From Tubiluchus corallicola (lineage: Eukaryota > Animalia > Priapulida), in contig JAQGDQ010000738.1 of NCBI GenBank assembly GCA_030141605.1, positions 40,331-104,330 of the forward strand: 64,000 nucleotides of DNA, in the 5' to 3' direction. Positions 13,601-26,500 of the stretch are shown here, one piece after another. The position numbers were made by a program, and so were the translations under genes. Under the pieces are notes generated by a model, which saw only the letters and a list, made by a program, of their open reading frames with translations, was not told the DNA's origin and searched no databases. Within the stretch, counting starts at the first letter, position 1. Each line of letters starts with the position of its first letter.

Positions 13601-15987
13601 AAGTATGACTGTGAACGTTTCAGATATAAAATTGTGATAAGTGTCTAGTGTAATTAGTAATGATCGCTTCACTCATTTTGAACGGAGCGTGGCGTCATCT
13701 GGTTACGGTGCAGTGTAAACGGTTTTCCCGCTAGTAATGATCGCTTCACTCATTTTGAATGGAGCGTGGCGCCATCTGGTTACGGTGCAGTGTAAACGGT
13801 TTTCCCGCTAGTAATGATCGCTTCACTCATTTTGAACGGAGCGTGGCGCCATCTGGTTACGGTGCAATGTGAACAGTTTTCCCGCCAGGTGCTTGAACAA
13901 ACTTCTTTGCAGCTGCAGTTACTGTTGTCAACTACGAACAATTCAAAACATCAACAACATGGGGATTACTAATGCTATTTTTGTTAGTTTTTGACGAAAA
14001 CCAGTTGCTGACAATAATACATCTCGGTTTGCCGGACAAAAGCGCTGGGAGGTGTAGGTCCGAATTTGCCGATTGACCATATTTACCAATACTTTTGACC
14101 ATATTTACCAATACTAAACTAATACAGTAGGCAGGGATGAGAATTTTGCGCGGATACGCGGAATTCCGAGTTTTTGTAAGACCAGTAGTGCCATTTTTGT
14201 AAATCTCGTAAATTCGTTGAGAAAATTTTTACGGACCCATTACATTATTTCACAAGCTGACCGCTAGTTGGCAGGCCGTCACTTGTATACATCACGTACA
14301 TCAGAGTAACCACGTGTACATCTCTATGTATAAAAATATAGAATCAATTGTGCGGAGTTATTTGAGTCAATTGCAGACAGTTTTTATATACTTTTGTATA
14401 GGAGCGGCCAGTACTTAGGCATTTTTGAGACAATTAGGTATCATGTATCCTTGATAGTTGGGTATTTTAAATTATGCATGAAACAAGGTAACTGATATTT
14501 TAAGTCCACTTAGAGGCCCTCTATGGTCACAAAATTGCAATTTGTTGCTGGCTCCAAGGGGGCTCCCCTTGAATTCCATTGGGGGCCTAGGTGGCCCGAA
14601 AACCCCGGGCCTGTTTCAGAGTTTTTTACAATTTGTCATTCTCATCCCTGACAGTAGGTGCTGTGTGTTAGACTCACAGGAATGTAGAATCAATCGTCTA
14701 ATTGTCTGAAAAATGCCCAATTTGGACTGCTCTTATGCAAAAGTATGTAAAAACTGTCGGCAGTCGACTCAAATAACTGGCATAATTGACTCGAAAGCAC
14801 TTGCACATGCTGATTAAACCACTTGCACATGCTGATTACACCACATGCACATGCTGATTAAACCACTAACATGCTGATCAAACCGCTTGCACATGCTGAT
14901 TAAACCACAAACATGCTGATTAAACCACTTGCACATGCTGATTACACCACGTGCACATGCTGATTAAACCACAAACATGCTGATTAAACCACTTGCACAT
15001 GCTGATTACACCACATGCACATGCTGATTACACCACATGCGCATGCTGATTAAACCACTAACATGCTGATCAAACCGCTTGCACATGCTGATTAAACCAC
15101 AAACATGCTGATTAAACCACTTGCACATGCTGATTAAACCACTTGCACATGCTGATTAAACCACTTGCACATGCTGATTAAACCACTTGCACATGCTGAT
15201 TAAACCGCTAACATGCTGACATACAAGCTACACACGTGTCGTTACATGCTGCTTGGATGTAAACAAAGTGGTCCACCGCCAACTAGCAGTCCGCTCGCCG
15301 TAACACGTCGGACTTTATACGGACCAGGTTTTGACCAGCTTTTTCGATATCCGGATGAGCGAGGTCCGGGTAAACCGACACATGAGTGTATTAATAACCT
15401 CCAACGTAGCTAGTTAACGCCGACAAAGTAACAGATTAATTACCTTAACATGCTAAAAATGAACACTGTTAGCTAAATAACCCACCCAGCGCCTTCTGTA
15501 TCCTCTCAGCCACAGTTATCTGTACTTATGCATTATGAGGTATAATCCAGTGGATTAAAGCTATGTATAAAGTTGTCGCTAATTGATCCAATGATTAATT
15601 TTTTACTCAAACCCTATTAAACGCAAAGATTTGAACAGCTACAATAGTGAAACTTTTGAGTAAATTTTGTGCTGTCCATCAGCTTATGTTTTTTGAAATA
15701 TGGTTGCAGTGAGGGTGATTTGATGGAGGAACTGAATAGATTTAAACTTTTTTTTGCATTTTTAAGCAAGTCTCATGTGCATGTAATGTAGTTTTTCATT
15801 TTTTTGTGCATATTTGTAAATATATTTGATTTTATTCGTCGTTACTTTCCATTACTGCACAGTAGTTTAGATTGCACTGACGCATTTGCCTTTACCAGTG
15901 TAAGTTTTTATTAACTAACACTGATTGATCATCTCTGTAAAGTTTTTATCAGTGATTATCAATGTATTTTAATGGCAAATAAAGTTC

Positions 15988-16020
<33 letters not shown>

Positions 16021-18795
16021 GTATGTATGTATGCATGTATTTAGCATGTAATTCAAATATATTTAAATGTATATTGAAATACAATGAACACTTAATCATG
16101 AGTTGTTTTTTCCTTTAAATTGTGCAATTGTGTTAAATAACGTAAAGCTACTAAGCAGATGGCTTTTTTCTTTAAGCTAAGTTTCTTGTGTTGTTTGATT
16201 TTACTAGATACGATAGAAAACCAAGCAAGCGATGATTCTTCACCTCAAATGCAGAGTAAGCCCCTCCAAGATAAAGAGAAACAAACTGGTACCTCTTTTG
16301 CCGAACCTCATCGTGAGAGGGAATTATACACGAATGTCGATGGTAACAGATTAGGTGATGTGTTGAGAAGCCGCGATGAGTCTAGTGATATGTTTGCAGG
16401 CACGAAGTCAGCCGTTACACATGTGGGCATGAAGCCAGTGGTAACACCCGTGGGCATGAAGCCAACAGTTATACCTGTGGGCATGAAGCCAGTGGTTTCA
16501 CATGTGGACATGAAGCCAGTGGTTACACATGTGGACATGAAGCCAGTGGTTACACATGTGGACATGAAGCCAGTGGTTACACATGTGGACATGAAGCCAG
16601 TGGTAACACCCTTGGGCATGAAGCCAACAGTTACATCTGTGAGGGGAGACCATGATGAGCTAAGTAATGATTCAACTGATGCAGCGGTCAATTCTGTAGG
16701 GACGTCGGTTAAACCACTACGTAAAATAAAACTGAAGAAAAGAGAGCTCAAACCGGAAACATCGGATAAAAATAGAATAATTACTCATGAACTGGAAAGT
16801 AGGAGCAAGATTTTTGAGTCAGAAAGTCGTGTTTTTTTGCCAGCTGGTGCATCTCGGGATGCAGCAGATGGACCCGCAAGTGCACAGGTAGCTCCAGTAA
16901 CAGAACCAGACCCTCAAAACGAGCAGGAAGCCAGCAATGTTGTGTCTCGTTCTCAAAGAGAGACTCCTTTGCCTGTTAGTGGCAAAGTTCGCACAGCCAC
17001 GGCTGAAATTGGAGAAAAGTACAAGGATACTCAGAAAGTTATTACAATTTTAGAACCCAAAAGAGTGGCTAGTGCAGAGGCGGAAGCAGCAATTTCTGCT
17101 AATCTGATGGATGTTGACGTTCAGTCGTTGAAAAGTGATAATAACTTTCCTCATATTTCTGTGCCAACACAGCCCACTATTCCAGCTCAACCAATTTCAA
17201 TTTCCGGACTACCGGCGTCGCCTTCATCAAGTTTAGAGCCGGATGCTCTACCATCCATTTCTAGTGGCTCATCGACATCCGTGCTGCTGTCTGACAGGAC
17301 TAGAGCACTTGCATCGACTTCGGCTTCAGCAACAATGCTTAGTGATGCTGTTTCAGAAGCATCTTCTACTATTGCATCCTCAGCCTCAGCATCAATGATT
17401 AGTGACGAGAGTTTGGAAAGTTCTCATATAAACGCATCAAGGTAAGCTAAGAGCAATGTTTGTTTTTTCTTACTACAGCCAAATTTTTGTCAATTTTGTG
17501 TTGTAACATTTTTATGCAAGTCGTTGTCTTTGCAATTTAAAACAAAAACGGAGAGGTGAATAAAAGCAAACAAATGAAATCTATTGTGGATGACAGCTGC
17601 AAGGCACAAAGTACTTGTTTCAAAGCACAAAATACTTGCTGCAAAGCACAGAGTACTTGTTTCAAAGCACAAAGTGCTTGTTTCAAAGCACAAAGTATTT
17701 GCTTCAAAGCATAAAGTGCTTGTTTCAAAGCACAAAGTGCTTGTTTCAAAGCACAAAGTGCTTGTTTCAAAGCACAAAGTACTTGCTTTCAAAGCACAAA
17801 GTGCTTGCTTCAAAACACACAGTACTTGCTGCAAACACAAAACACCAAACACAAAACCAAACACAAACCCAAACAAACCCAAACACAAAACCAAACACAA
17901 AGTACTTGTTTCAAAACATACAGTACTTGCTTCAAAGCACAAGGTACTTGCTTCAAAGCACACAGTACTTGCTTCAAAGCACAAAGTGCTTGCTTCAAAG
18001 CACAAAGTACTAACTTCAAAGCACAAAGTACTTGCTTCAAAGCACAAAGTGCTTGCTTCAAAGCACAAAGTACTAACTTCAAAGCTTCAAATCACTCATA
18101 TTAGTGCCTTTGTTTTTGAAGTTGTTATAGTTCTTCGTTGTTACAATATAAAGCCAGTAAAATGTTATTCTGACGTAAATTGCCTCTATTAACATAAATT
18201 TGGTTTTGATCATTGGATTGAAATGTTCCTGGTCATAGGTGGATCCCAGGTGGGGGTGGAGAGGGGTGGGGTGGGCCCCTCCCATATTTTTGCCAGGACA
18301 AAATTATTTTATTTCAGAATACATCCATGATGTTCATGTGTGAAGTGTGAATAAGGCGTCTAAAATGCACGCCCTTGTAGCCTAGTGCTGTAACTCTAAA
18401 CTAGTTGAATGTGCAGTTGTCTGAAAGAGGAATCCCCAACGTCCTCAAAGTCGCAGTTTGAAAATCAGGTCCTATGAATATTAGCTAGAAATTTGATTTG
18501 AGGATCCGTTCTCAATAGTCAAGTTCAAGTTTGTTGAGAAAATTTCTTGTTTTTTATATAAATCTAGCAATAAGTCGAAGATGATGCCCGTGACTGTTTT
18601 AAATTGTTTGTTTGCAGAGTTGTTCCCGCACATGTGGCGACACCTACGGAGATACGAGCTTCATCTTCTTATGAAGACATGGATGTGACGGAACTCGACG
18701 ATTTCTTACTAGACGGATCAGTGGATTCTGCGGCGATCGACGAAGATATTAGCGAAGACAAACTCCTGGAAGAGATGGAACAGTTGATCAGTTAG
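2820..18795 (+). CDS. 5'-partial multi-exon gene, large disordered nuclear protein, tentatively ZC3H11A-like (N-terminal CCCH zinc fingers would lie upstream of the window)
   Basis: Exons 2820-2990, 4901-4947, 6034-6513, 7664-7955, 9873-10121, 11662-11892, 12821-13018, 16208-17441, 18618-18795. All have AG/GT ends and the intron phases (1,0,0,1,1,1,1,2) join into one ORF. The C-terminus LDDFLLDGSVDSAAIDEDISEDKLLEEMEQLIS* and the SLSERLS/SVKDRLS/SLRERLS motifs recall the ZC3H11A tail (DEDDLLLELSEMIDS) and SLKERLG motifs. Family assignment is from memory, not a search. Confidence 0.75.
4628..4886. repeat. (ATC/AGC)n trinucleotide microsatellite
   Basis: direct reading. Confidence 0.9.
4901..4947 (+). 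CDS. gene 1 short exon (VIQDNCLQQKSVNTDM)
   Basis: ttttttacag acceptor, gtgagt donor; 47 nt converts phase 1 to phase 0 exactly as needed. Confidence 0.7.
5570..6000. mobile_element. interspersed repeat family D, copy 1
   Basis: colinear with 34600-35015; ends ...gactttaa. Confidence 0.6.
6034..6513 (+). CDS. gene 1 exon with repeated SxxxRLS motifs
   Basis: ttttttgcag / gtgagc; ORF 6028-6528. Confidence 0.85.
7664..7955 (+). CDS. gene 1 exon, repeat copy 1 (AKRRQITFED)
   Basis: ttccag / gtaaat; ORF 7664-7984. Confidence 0.85.
8498..9293. repeat. 42-bp intronic minisatellite, ~19 copies
   Basis: unit ccgtgtgaccattacagagcttaggaacccgtctaaacaaaa. Confidence 0.95.
9297..9774. mobile_element. 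5'-truncated copy of the same hAT MITE
   Basis: highly similar to 14180-14650, ends TTCTCATCCCTG. Confidence 0.85.
9873..10121 (+). CDS. gene 1 exon, repeat copy 2 (AKRKRITFED)
   Basis: ttgcttctag / gtaatt; phase 1-1. Confidence 0.85.
10450..10835. repeat. ~140-bp tandem duplication (2-3 copies)
   Basis: gtgattttataacttacctacg recurs 3x. Confidence 0.8.
10885..11523. mobile_element. Kolobok-type family A, copy 2
   Basis: TTAA|AGTACAAGAAAA ... TTTTCTTGTGCT|TTAA. Confidence 0.8.
11662..11892 (+). CDS. gene 1 exon, repeat copy 3 (AKRKRITFED)
   Basis: ttgcttctag / gttaat; phase 1-1. Confidence 0.8.
11950..12286. mobile_element. TTAA-flanked interspersed family C, truncated by the 24-bp array
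   Basis: colinear with 60864-61175. Confidence 0.6.
12281..12728. repeat. 24-bp minisatellite, ~18 copies
   Basis: unit cataatgatcgtagtacatagttt. Confidence 0.95.
12821..13018 (+). CDS. gene 1 exon (ASIRNQSSQPAAKKLRRVF...RRRKIPK)
   Basis: tttttctcag / gtgagt; open in the phase-1 frame (not the frame of the listed ORF). Confidence 0.8.
13655..13887. repeat. ~77-bp tandem repeat x3
   Basis: tagtaatgatcgcttcactcattttgaa... x3. Confidence 0.9.
14132..14650. mobile_element. hAT-type MITE
   Basis: TIR CAGGGATGAGAA / TTCTCATCCCTG; perfect 8-bp TSD ACAGTAGG (14124-14131, 14651-14658). Confidence 0.9.
14797..15218. repeat. 19-22-bp minisatellite
   Basis: unit cacttgcacatgctgattaaac and variants. 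Confidence 0.9.
16208..17441 (+). CDS. gene 1 large Ser/Ala-rich exon containing a coding 27-bp repeat
   Basis: ttttactag / gtaagc; ORF 16159-17445. Confidence 0.85.
16410..16637 (+). repeat. coding 27-bp repeat (MKPVVTHVD)x~8
   Basis: in frame within exon 16208-17441. Confidence 0.9.
17604..18085. repeat. 21-bp minisatellite
   Basis: unit gcacaaagtacttgcttcaaa. Confidence 0.9.
18618..18795 (+). CDS. gene 1 terminal exon, acidic ZC3H11A-like C-terminus
   Basis: tttgcag acceptor, phase 2, TAG stop; AATAAA at 19473. Confidence 0.85.
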
Positions 18796-19899
18796 TCGAC
18801 GATTAGCTTCTAATTAGCATCGTTGTAAATACAATTGAACTGATTTTACAATTCATATGTATATGTGCTCACATTAACCCAATCTTTAAATCTGGTTCAG
18901 TTCCCGGCAAATTTGTGAAGACCCATTACTAGTAGACTGATCTTTCTGTAGAAGTTCGTCTATGTTTGTTGTACTGAACTAGCGGCCGCATTTTGCACAC
19001 CCCTGAATTAGGAGATAGGGTGACAGGGTCAGGCCAGACTGTGGTTTCCTGTGTTGCACCGAAATGTGTTGTAGTTGGGTTTTGGGTATCTGCGCTGCAA
19101 AGCTTGGCTTATTTCTTACTGTTTTGTCGAATGATCAATCTTTTGTTTTGTTTATCCGTTTATCACGAGAGTGCTGATATATAAGCAGGTTGTATTCCTC
19201 GCTCTCTGTTTGATTACACGTGAACCCGCTGTACTGCACATGAAACATGTTTATGACTCTACTGTAACATCGACAAGGACAAAGAATGGTTATAGTTTGT
19301 TATTCTTGTTGTGTAGCAGGTGAAGTAAATTTCAGAGCTGCTACCGTACTTGACTTAACAAGCTTGTAGTGAAGTATTTATGGCACAGTGAATTTTAGTT
19401 GAAAACTTACCCATGCTATTAATACGTGTTTGAAATTAATGCTTATCCGTTTAAAAGTTGTTCAAAGTTTTCAATAAACATCAGCAGTAGTTTGTGCATT
19501 GACTGCGATGCCTTCATAAACAATTCATTATCTTAATTTGACTATTATTGTTGACTGGAGTTTTGCATTTCTAGTTCCCACAATGTTGGGCCTGACTTGG
19601 CACAGTATCAACTTAGTGTGCCATTGTAAAGAAGTTTAAAAACTTACAAAAGATGAAACATGTCAGTTGTTTGACTGCTATCATGTTATAAGAGCTCGTG
19701 GGTTGTATTGTGTCAGTTGTTCAACAATTTAGTTGACTGTCTTGTAATTCGAATTCAGGTATAGGATAGCGCCGTATTGTTTCACATTTCCTGCGCTGTC
19801 GTGTGGTATCGGTTCATCGGAACACGCTGTGTCAAGTGTCCTACAGCTTAGCTTCTGACATGTCTTGACCCATGACAGGTGTAAATCATTAAACATTTT

Positions 19900-20842
19900 A
19901 GTTGCTGTCATGTGGTGAGATCTTGTCCATTGAATAGTGTCAGTTATTCAACACTGTAGCTACTGTCGCTACTGTCGCTTAGTAAGAGTTTGTCTGTTGA
20001 ATAGTGTAAATTATTCAACACTGTAGGTACTGTCATTCAACACTGTTGCTACTGTCATGTGGTGAGAGTTTGTCTATGGAATAATGTCAGTTATTCAACA
20101 CTGTTACTACTGTCATGTGGTGAGAGTTTGTCTATGGAATAATGTCAGTTATTCAACACTGTTACTACTGTCATGTGGTGAGATCTTGTCCATTGAATAG
20201 TGTCAGTTATTCAACAGTGTTGCTACTGTCAGTGGTGAGAGCTTGTCCATCAAATAGTGTCAGTTATTCAACAGTGTTGCTACTGTCAGTGGTGAGAGTT
20301 TCTCTGCCGAATAGTGTCAGTTATTCAACACTGTAGCTACTGTCATGTGGTGAGAGTTTCTCTGTCGAATAGTGTCAGTTATTCAACACTGTAGCTACTG
20401 TCATGTGGTGAGATCTTGTCCATCGAATAGTGCCAGTTATTCAACACTGTTGCTACTGTCGTGTGGTGAGAGTTTCTCTGTCGAATAATGTCAGTTATTC
20501 AATACTGTAGCTGCTGTCGCTTAGTAAGAGTTTGTCCATCGAATAGTGTCAGTTATTCAACACTGTTGCTACTGTCGGTGAGAGCTTGTCCATCGAATAG
20601 TGCCAGTTATTCAGCACTGTTGCGACTGTCGTGTGGTGAGAGTTTCTCTGTCGAATAATGTCAGTTATTCAGCACTGTAGCTACTGTCACGTGGTAAGAT
20701 CTTGTCCATCAAATAGTGTCAGTTATTCAACACTGTTGCTACTGTCATGTGGTGAGAGTTTCTCTGCCGAATAGTGTCAGTTATTCAACACTGTAGCTAC
20801 TGTCAATTATTCGACATTTTGGCTACTGTCAGTGGTGAGATG
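19900..20842. repeat. ~59-bp minisatellite
   Basis: aatagtgtcagttattcaacactgt..ctactgtcatgtggtgagag. Confidence 0.9.
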
Positions 20843-21095
20843 GTTGAGAATTTACATTACTTCTATCTACCAGTTTAATTACCTTGTGTCTCTTTAATGC
20901 GACATCTTTAATGAATAAGGTGAAGTAGAAGTGACGTGTTGCTATTGACAGTTGGTAGCAAAAAGTTGAGCATGATGTAGGTTTTCCGTCTCGAGATTTA
21001 TAGAAATGCATCCTAACAATTCTAATCATTTCGGTTGATGGCAGTCCGTTTACGTTAATTGCAAAGGGTTTGTCTTTAGAACTTGCAGCCGCTAG

Positions 21096-21384
21096 ACTCA
21101 AAGTCAAGATTGTGCGGTTGCACTCAAAGTCAAGATTGCGCGGTTGCATTCAAAGTCAAGATTGCGTGGTTGCACCCAAAGTCAGGATTGCGTGGTTGCA
21201 CTCAAAATCAAGATTGCGTGGTTGCACTCAAAGTCAAGATTGCGCGGTTGCATTCAAAGTCAAGATTGCGTGGTTGCATTCAAAGTCAAGATTGCGTGGT
21301 TGCACTCAAAGTCAAGATTGCGTGGTTGCACTCAAAGTCAAGATTGCACGGTTGCACTCAAAGTCAAGATTGCGTGGTTGCACT
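21096..21384. repeat. 26-bp minisatellite
   Basis: unit cactcaaagtcaagattgcgtggttg. Confidence 0.9.
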
Positions 21385-22667
21385 ACGAAATCTAAACCGC
21401 TCGCCCACACAACCCAGGGCATCCTTCGCACGCATGTCTGTCGTCCAATCAGTTCCAGTCTCATGAGGCTTCGTACAAGAAGAATCAAATCTGTAGTGAA
21501 AAAATGTTCACAGAAGTCGGGCGTATAAGTTACTTTGGCATGGGAAATTAAAACACATTGAAAAGAATTTCAACTTGCAGCATGCCCCCCCCCTCCCCAG
21601 CATCCATCATTAAGTGTGGATTATTCTCCCCATGTACAAAACATTTTACACGTATCTAAGGTGGAGCTTCATTGAATTACTTAGTCGCTTTGTTTTCAAA
21701 CGTTAGTCACCTTTCCTAGGAATTTCTGCGGTTTGTCGCTTGCAAAATTTTTTACCAGTCTTACCAGGGTTTTTTTACATCAATGTATTCAACTACAGTT
21801 TCCATTTCCGAAGGCACAATTTCATCTTGATTTTGTTCTATACTTATAAATGTTAGTGCAAATGTTTAAACAAACATGGTGGTATGTACGTAAGAAACAA
21901 AATATACAGACTGGTTTGAGCGTCAAATTTTAACACGTTTTAAATTTTTGCACGACGTTTCATATAGCATATTCCTTTGATAGTTTTCCTTGTCTAGTTG
22001 TCATCAAATCCTGACTTTGATTACGCGATTTAAATCTTCCTTATTCTAATTCTGTATATTTGCCGTAGTAAAGTTACTTATGTACAAACTGACATTCTAC
22101 TGTGCACGCATTTAGCTATGATATTTGGGTTGTACGGTTCGTTATTTATTTGAGAACACACAAATGGTCTCCCCTCTAGTTGCCCAACCGCATTAATGTT
22201 TCACTCGTTTATTGGACAGATGGTCGATCACATAAGATCTTTCTTTTGCACTCACCCTGTACGAGCACTTCTAGTAACAGTGTAAGGTTTTTGATTTGTA
22301 TTTTTCAAGTGAAGGAACATTATGATTATTGTGTTTTGCAAGTGTTGAAGTTGACATCTTGATTTTTGTAAGATTTTGATTTGTGTCTTTCCTAAACAAC
22401 GAACTTGCTTTATTCAAAGTAGCGGCTTGTTCTAATGTATTTGTTTACATTTGCCTAAATACAGCAAGTCAATTGTACACGTTTTTTGATGCACACGTAG
22501 CACATGTGAACGCTTTGCTGTGTGAACATGTTTCAGTGCATATATGGCTTAATGTACCAGTGTACTTAGTTTCCACTGAATTAGATTGTTCCATGTTATG
22601 GCAGTATCAGTAAGTGCTCTGTATTTCACAAGCATTTTGACCCTCGATGACCTGATTTTGACCCAGC

Positions 22668-23026
22668 CTTGACCTGCAGAAAGGTCAAACATTTGAAAAG
22701 TCTATGTTATGTGTTTTTTAATACGCTTCCTGTATAGCTTTGACCTGCAGAAAAGTCAAACATTTGAAAAGTCTATGTTATGTGTTTCTGAATACACTTA
22801 CTTTATAGCTTTGACCTGCAGAAAAGTCAAACATTTGAAAAGTCTATGTTATGTGTTTCTGAATACACTTACTTTATAGCTTTGACCTGCAGAAAAGTCA
22901 AACATTTGAAAAGTCTATGTTATGTGTTTTTGAATACGCTTCCTGTATAGCTTTGACCTGCAGAAAAGTCAAACATTTGAAAAGTCTATGTTATGTGTTT
23001 TTGAATACGCTTCCTGTATAGCTTTG
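22668..23026. repeat. ~71-bp tandem repeat x5
   Basis: ttgacctgcagaaaagtcaaacatttgaaaagtctatg... Confidence 0.9.
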
Positions 23027-23556
23027 AAAAAAAATGTAAGAAATTTTCCATAGACAAGGAGAGCTAGAAAGATCGGAGGCAGGAGAGAGCAGAGAGCTGA
23101 TGTAGGAAACTGAACATTTTTCACTACATTGTATTAAGCTTTTTATATCCTAAGTTTCAAATCGCGGCTTACGTTGACTGTATTAATTAATTTCATAATT
23201 AGTTTTTAATTATAGCAAAAGTTTTGCTTGTTAATAAACTGCGATTAATGTACTGAAAAGTAAAACTATTGTAATTTGTACATTATAGTAACAGGTTCAT
23301 TTTCTGCAAGTTGTAGATATTTTATTAAAGGAACATTATTGTGCACTTATATGTTGTTAACCAAATTTTTTTGTTGACCTAATCTTTACGTCACCAAAAG
23401 TCGTTAAAAGTGTGAAGTCATTGTTCGTCACATGTGACATCAAGTCACGTGATTCAAGTTGAAACTGGCTGTCTAGTTTTTTTTGCAGAAATGTTTACCT
23501 AATTTTGTTTATTATGTATTAAATCTGTTGGCCTAGATTTTCATTTCTATGGTTTG

Positions 23557-26500
23557 AAAGTGAACACTGATAATAGTTTAACTGTTCAAGTGAACACTGA
23601 TAATAGTTTAAACGTTCAAGTGAACACTGATAATAGTTTAAACGTTCAAGTGAACACTGATAATAGTTTAAACGTTCAAGTGAACACTGATAATAGTTTA
23701 AACGTTCAAGTGAACACTGATAATAGTTTAAACGTTCAAGTGAACAGTGATAATAGTTTAAACGTTCAAGTGAACACTGATCGTAGTTTAACCGTTCGAG
23801 TGAACACTGATAATAGTTTAAACGTTCAAGTGAACAGTGATAATAGTTTAAACGTTCAAGTGAACACTGATAATAGTTTAAACGTTCAAGTGAACACTGA
23901 TAATAGTTTAAACGTTCAAGTGAACACTGATAATAGTTTAAACGTTCAAGTGAACACTGATAATAGTTTAAACGTTCAAGTGAACACTGATAATAGTTTA
24001 AACGTTCAAGTGAACACTGATAATAGTTTAAACGTTCAAGTGAACACTGATAATAGTTTAAACGTTCAAGTGAACACTGATAATAGTTTAAACGTTCAAG
24101 TGAACACTGATAATAGTTTAAACGCTCAAGTGAACACTGATAATAGTTTAAACGTTCAAGTGAACACTGATAATAGTTTAAACGTTCAAGTGAACACTGA
24201 TAATAGTTTAAACGTTCAAGTGAACACTGATAATAGTTTAACCGTTCAAGTGAACAGTGATAATAGTTTAAACGTTCAAGTGAACACTGATAGTAGTTTA
24301 ACCGTTCAAGTGAACACTGATAATAGTTTAAACGTTCAAGTGAAGAGTGATAATAGTTTAAACGTTCAAGTGAACACTGGTAATAGTTTAAACGTTCAAG
24401 TGAACACTGATAATAGTTTAAACGTTCAAGTGAACACTGATAATAGTTTAAACGTTCAAGTGAACACTGATAATAGTTTAAACGTTCAAGTGAACACTGA
24501 TAATAGTTTAAACGTTCAAGTGAACACTGATAATAGTTTAAACGTTCAAGTGAACACTGATAATAGTTTAAACGTTCAAGTGAACACTGATAATAGTTTA
24601 AACGTTCAAGTGAACACTGATAATAGTTTAAACGTTCAAGTGAACACTGATAATAGTTTAAACGTTCAAGTGAACACTGATAATAGTTTAAACGTTCGAG
24701 TGAACACTGATAATAGTTTAAACGTTCAAGTGAACACTGATAATAGTTTAAACGTTCAAGTGAACACTGATAATAGTTTAACGTTCAAGTGAACACTGAT
24801 AATAGTTTAACGTTCAGTGAACACTGATAATAGTTTAAACGTTCAAGAACACTGATAATAGTTTAAACGTTCAAGTGAACACTGATAATAGTTTAAACGT
24901 TCAAGTGAACCCAGATAATAGTTTAAACGTTCGAGTGAACACTGATAATAGTTTAAACGTTCAAGTGAACACTGGTAATAGTTTAAACGTTCAAGTGAAC
25001 ACAGATAATAGTTTAAACGCTCAAGTGAACACTGATAATAGTTTAAACGTTCAAGTGAACACTGATAATAGTTTAAACGTTCAAGTGAACAGTGATAATA
25101 GTTTAAACGTTCAAGTGAACACTGGTAATAGTTTAAACGTTCGAGTGAACACTGATAATAGTTTAAACGTTCAAGTGAACCCAGATAATAGTTTAAACGC
25201 TCAAGTGAACACTGATAATAGTTTAAACGTTCAAGTGAACACTGGTAATAGTTTAAACGTTCAAGTGAACACTGATAATAGTTTAAACGTTCAAGTGAAC
25301 ACTGATAATAGTTTAAACGTTCAAGTGAACACTGATAATAGTTTAAACGTTCAAGTGAACACTGTATAGTTTAACGTTCAGTGAACACGTATAGTTTAAC
25401 GTTCAGGAACACGTATAGTTTAACGTTCAAGTGAACACGGATAATAGTTTAAACGTTCAAGTGAACACTGGTAGTAGTTTAACCGTTCAAGTGAACACTG
25501 ATAATAGTTTAAACGCTCAAGTGAACACTGGTAATAGTTTAACCGTTCAAGTGAACACTGATAATAGTTTAAACGCTCAAGTGAACCCAGATAATAGTTT
25601 AAACGTTTAAGTGAACACTGGTAATAGTTTAAACGCTCAAGTGAACCCAGATAATAGTTTAAACGTTCAAGTGAACACTGGTAATAGTTTAACCGTTCAA
25701 GTGAACACTGGTAATAGTTTAAACGTTCGAGTGAACACTGATAATAGTTTAAACGTTCAAGTGAACCCAGATAATAGTTTAAACGCTCAAGTAAACACTG
25801 ATAATAGTTTAACTGTTCAAGTGAACACTGATAATAGTTTAAACGTTCAAGTGAACCCAGATAATAGTTTAAACGCTCAAGTGAACACTGATAATAGTTT
25901 AAACGTTCAAGTGAACACTGGTAATAGTTTAAACGCTCAAGTGAACACTGATAGTAGTTTAAACGTTCAAGTGAACACTGATAATAGTTTAAACGTTCAA
26001 GTGAACACTGATAATAGTTTAAACGTTCAAGTGAACACTGATAGTAGTTTAACCGTTCAAGTGAACAGTGATAATAGTTTAAACGTTCAAGTGAACACTG
26101 ATAATAGTTTAAACGTTCAAGTGAACACTGGTAGTAGTTTAACCGTTCAAGTGAACACTGGTAATAGTTTAAACGTTCGAGTGAACACTGATAATAGTTT
26201 AAACGTTCGAGTGAACACTGGTAATAGTTTAAACGTTCAAGTGAACACTGATAATAGTTTAACCGTTCAAGTGAACACTGATAATAGTTTAAACGTTCAA
26301 GTGAACACTGATAATAGTTTAAACGTTCAAGTGAACACTGATAATAGTTTAAACGTTCAAGTGAACACTGATAATAGTTTAAACGCTCAAGTGAACACTG
26401 ATAATAGTTTAACCGTTCGAGTGAACACTGATAATAGTTTAAACGTTCAAGTGAACACTGGTAGTAGTTTAAACGTTCAAGTGAACCCAGATAATAGTTT

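Noticed and set aside
16159-16207. Signal-peptide-like start (MAFFFKLSFLCCLILL) suggesting a secreted protein
   Set aside because: It is the polypyrimidine tract of the intron; the exon starts at 16208 in phase with the upstream exons.
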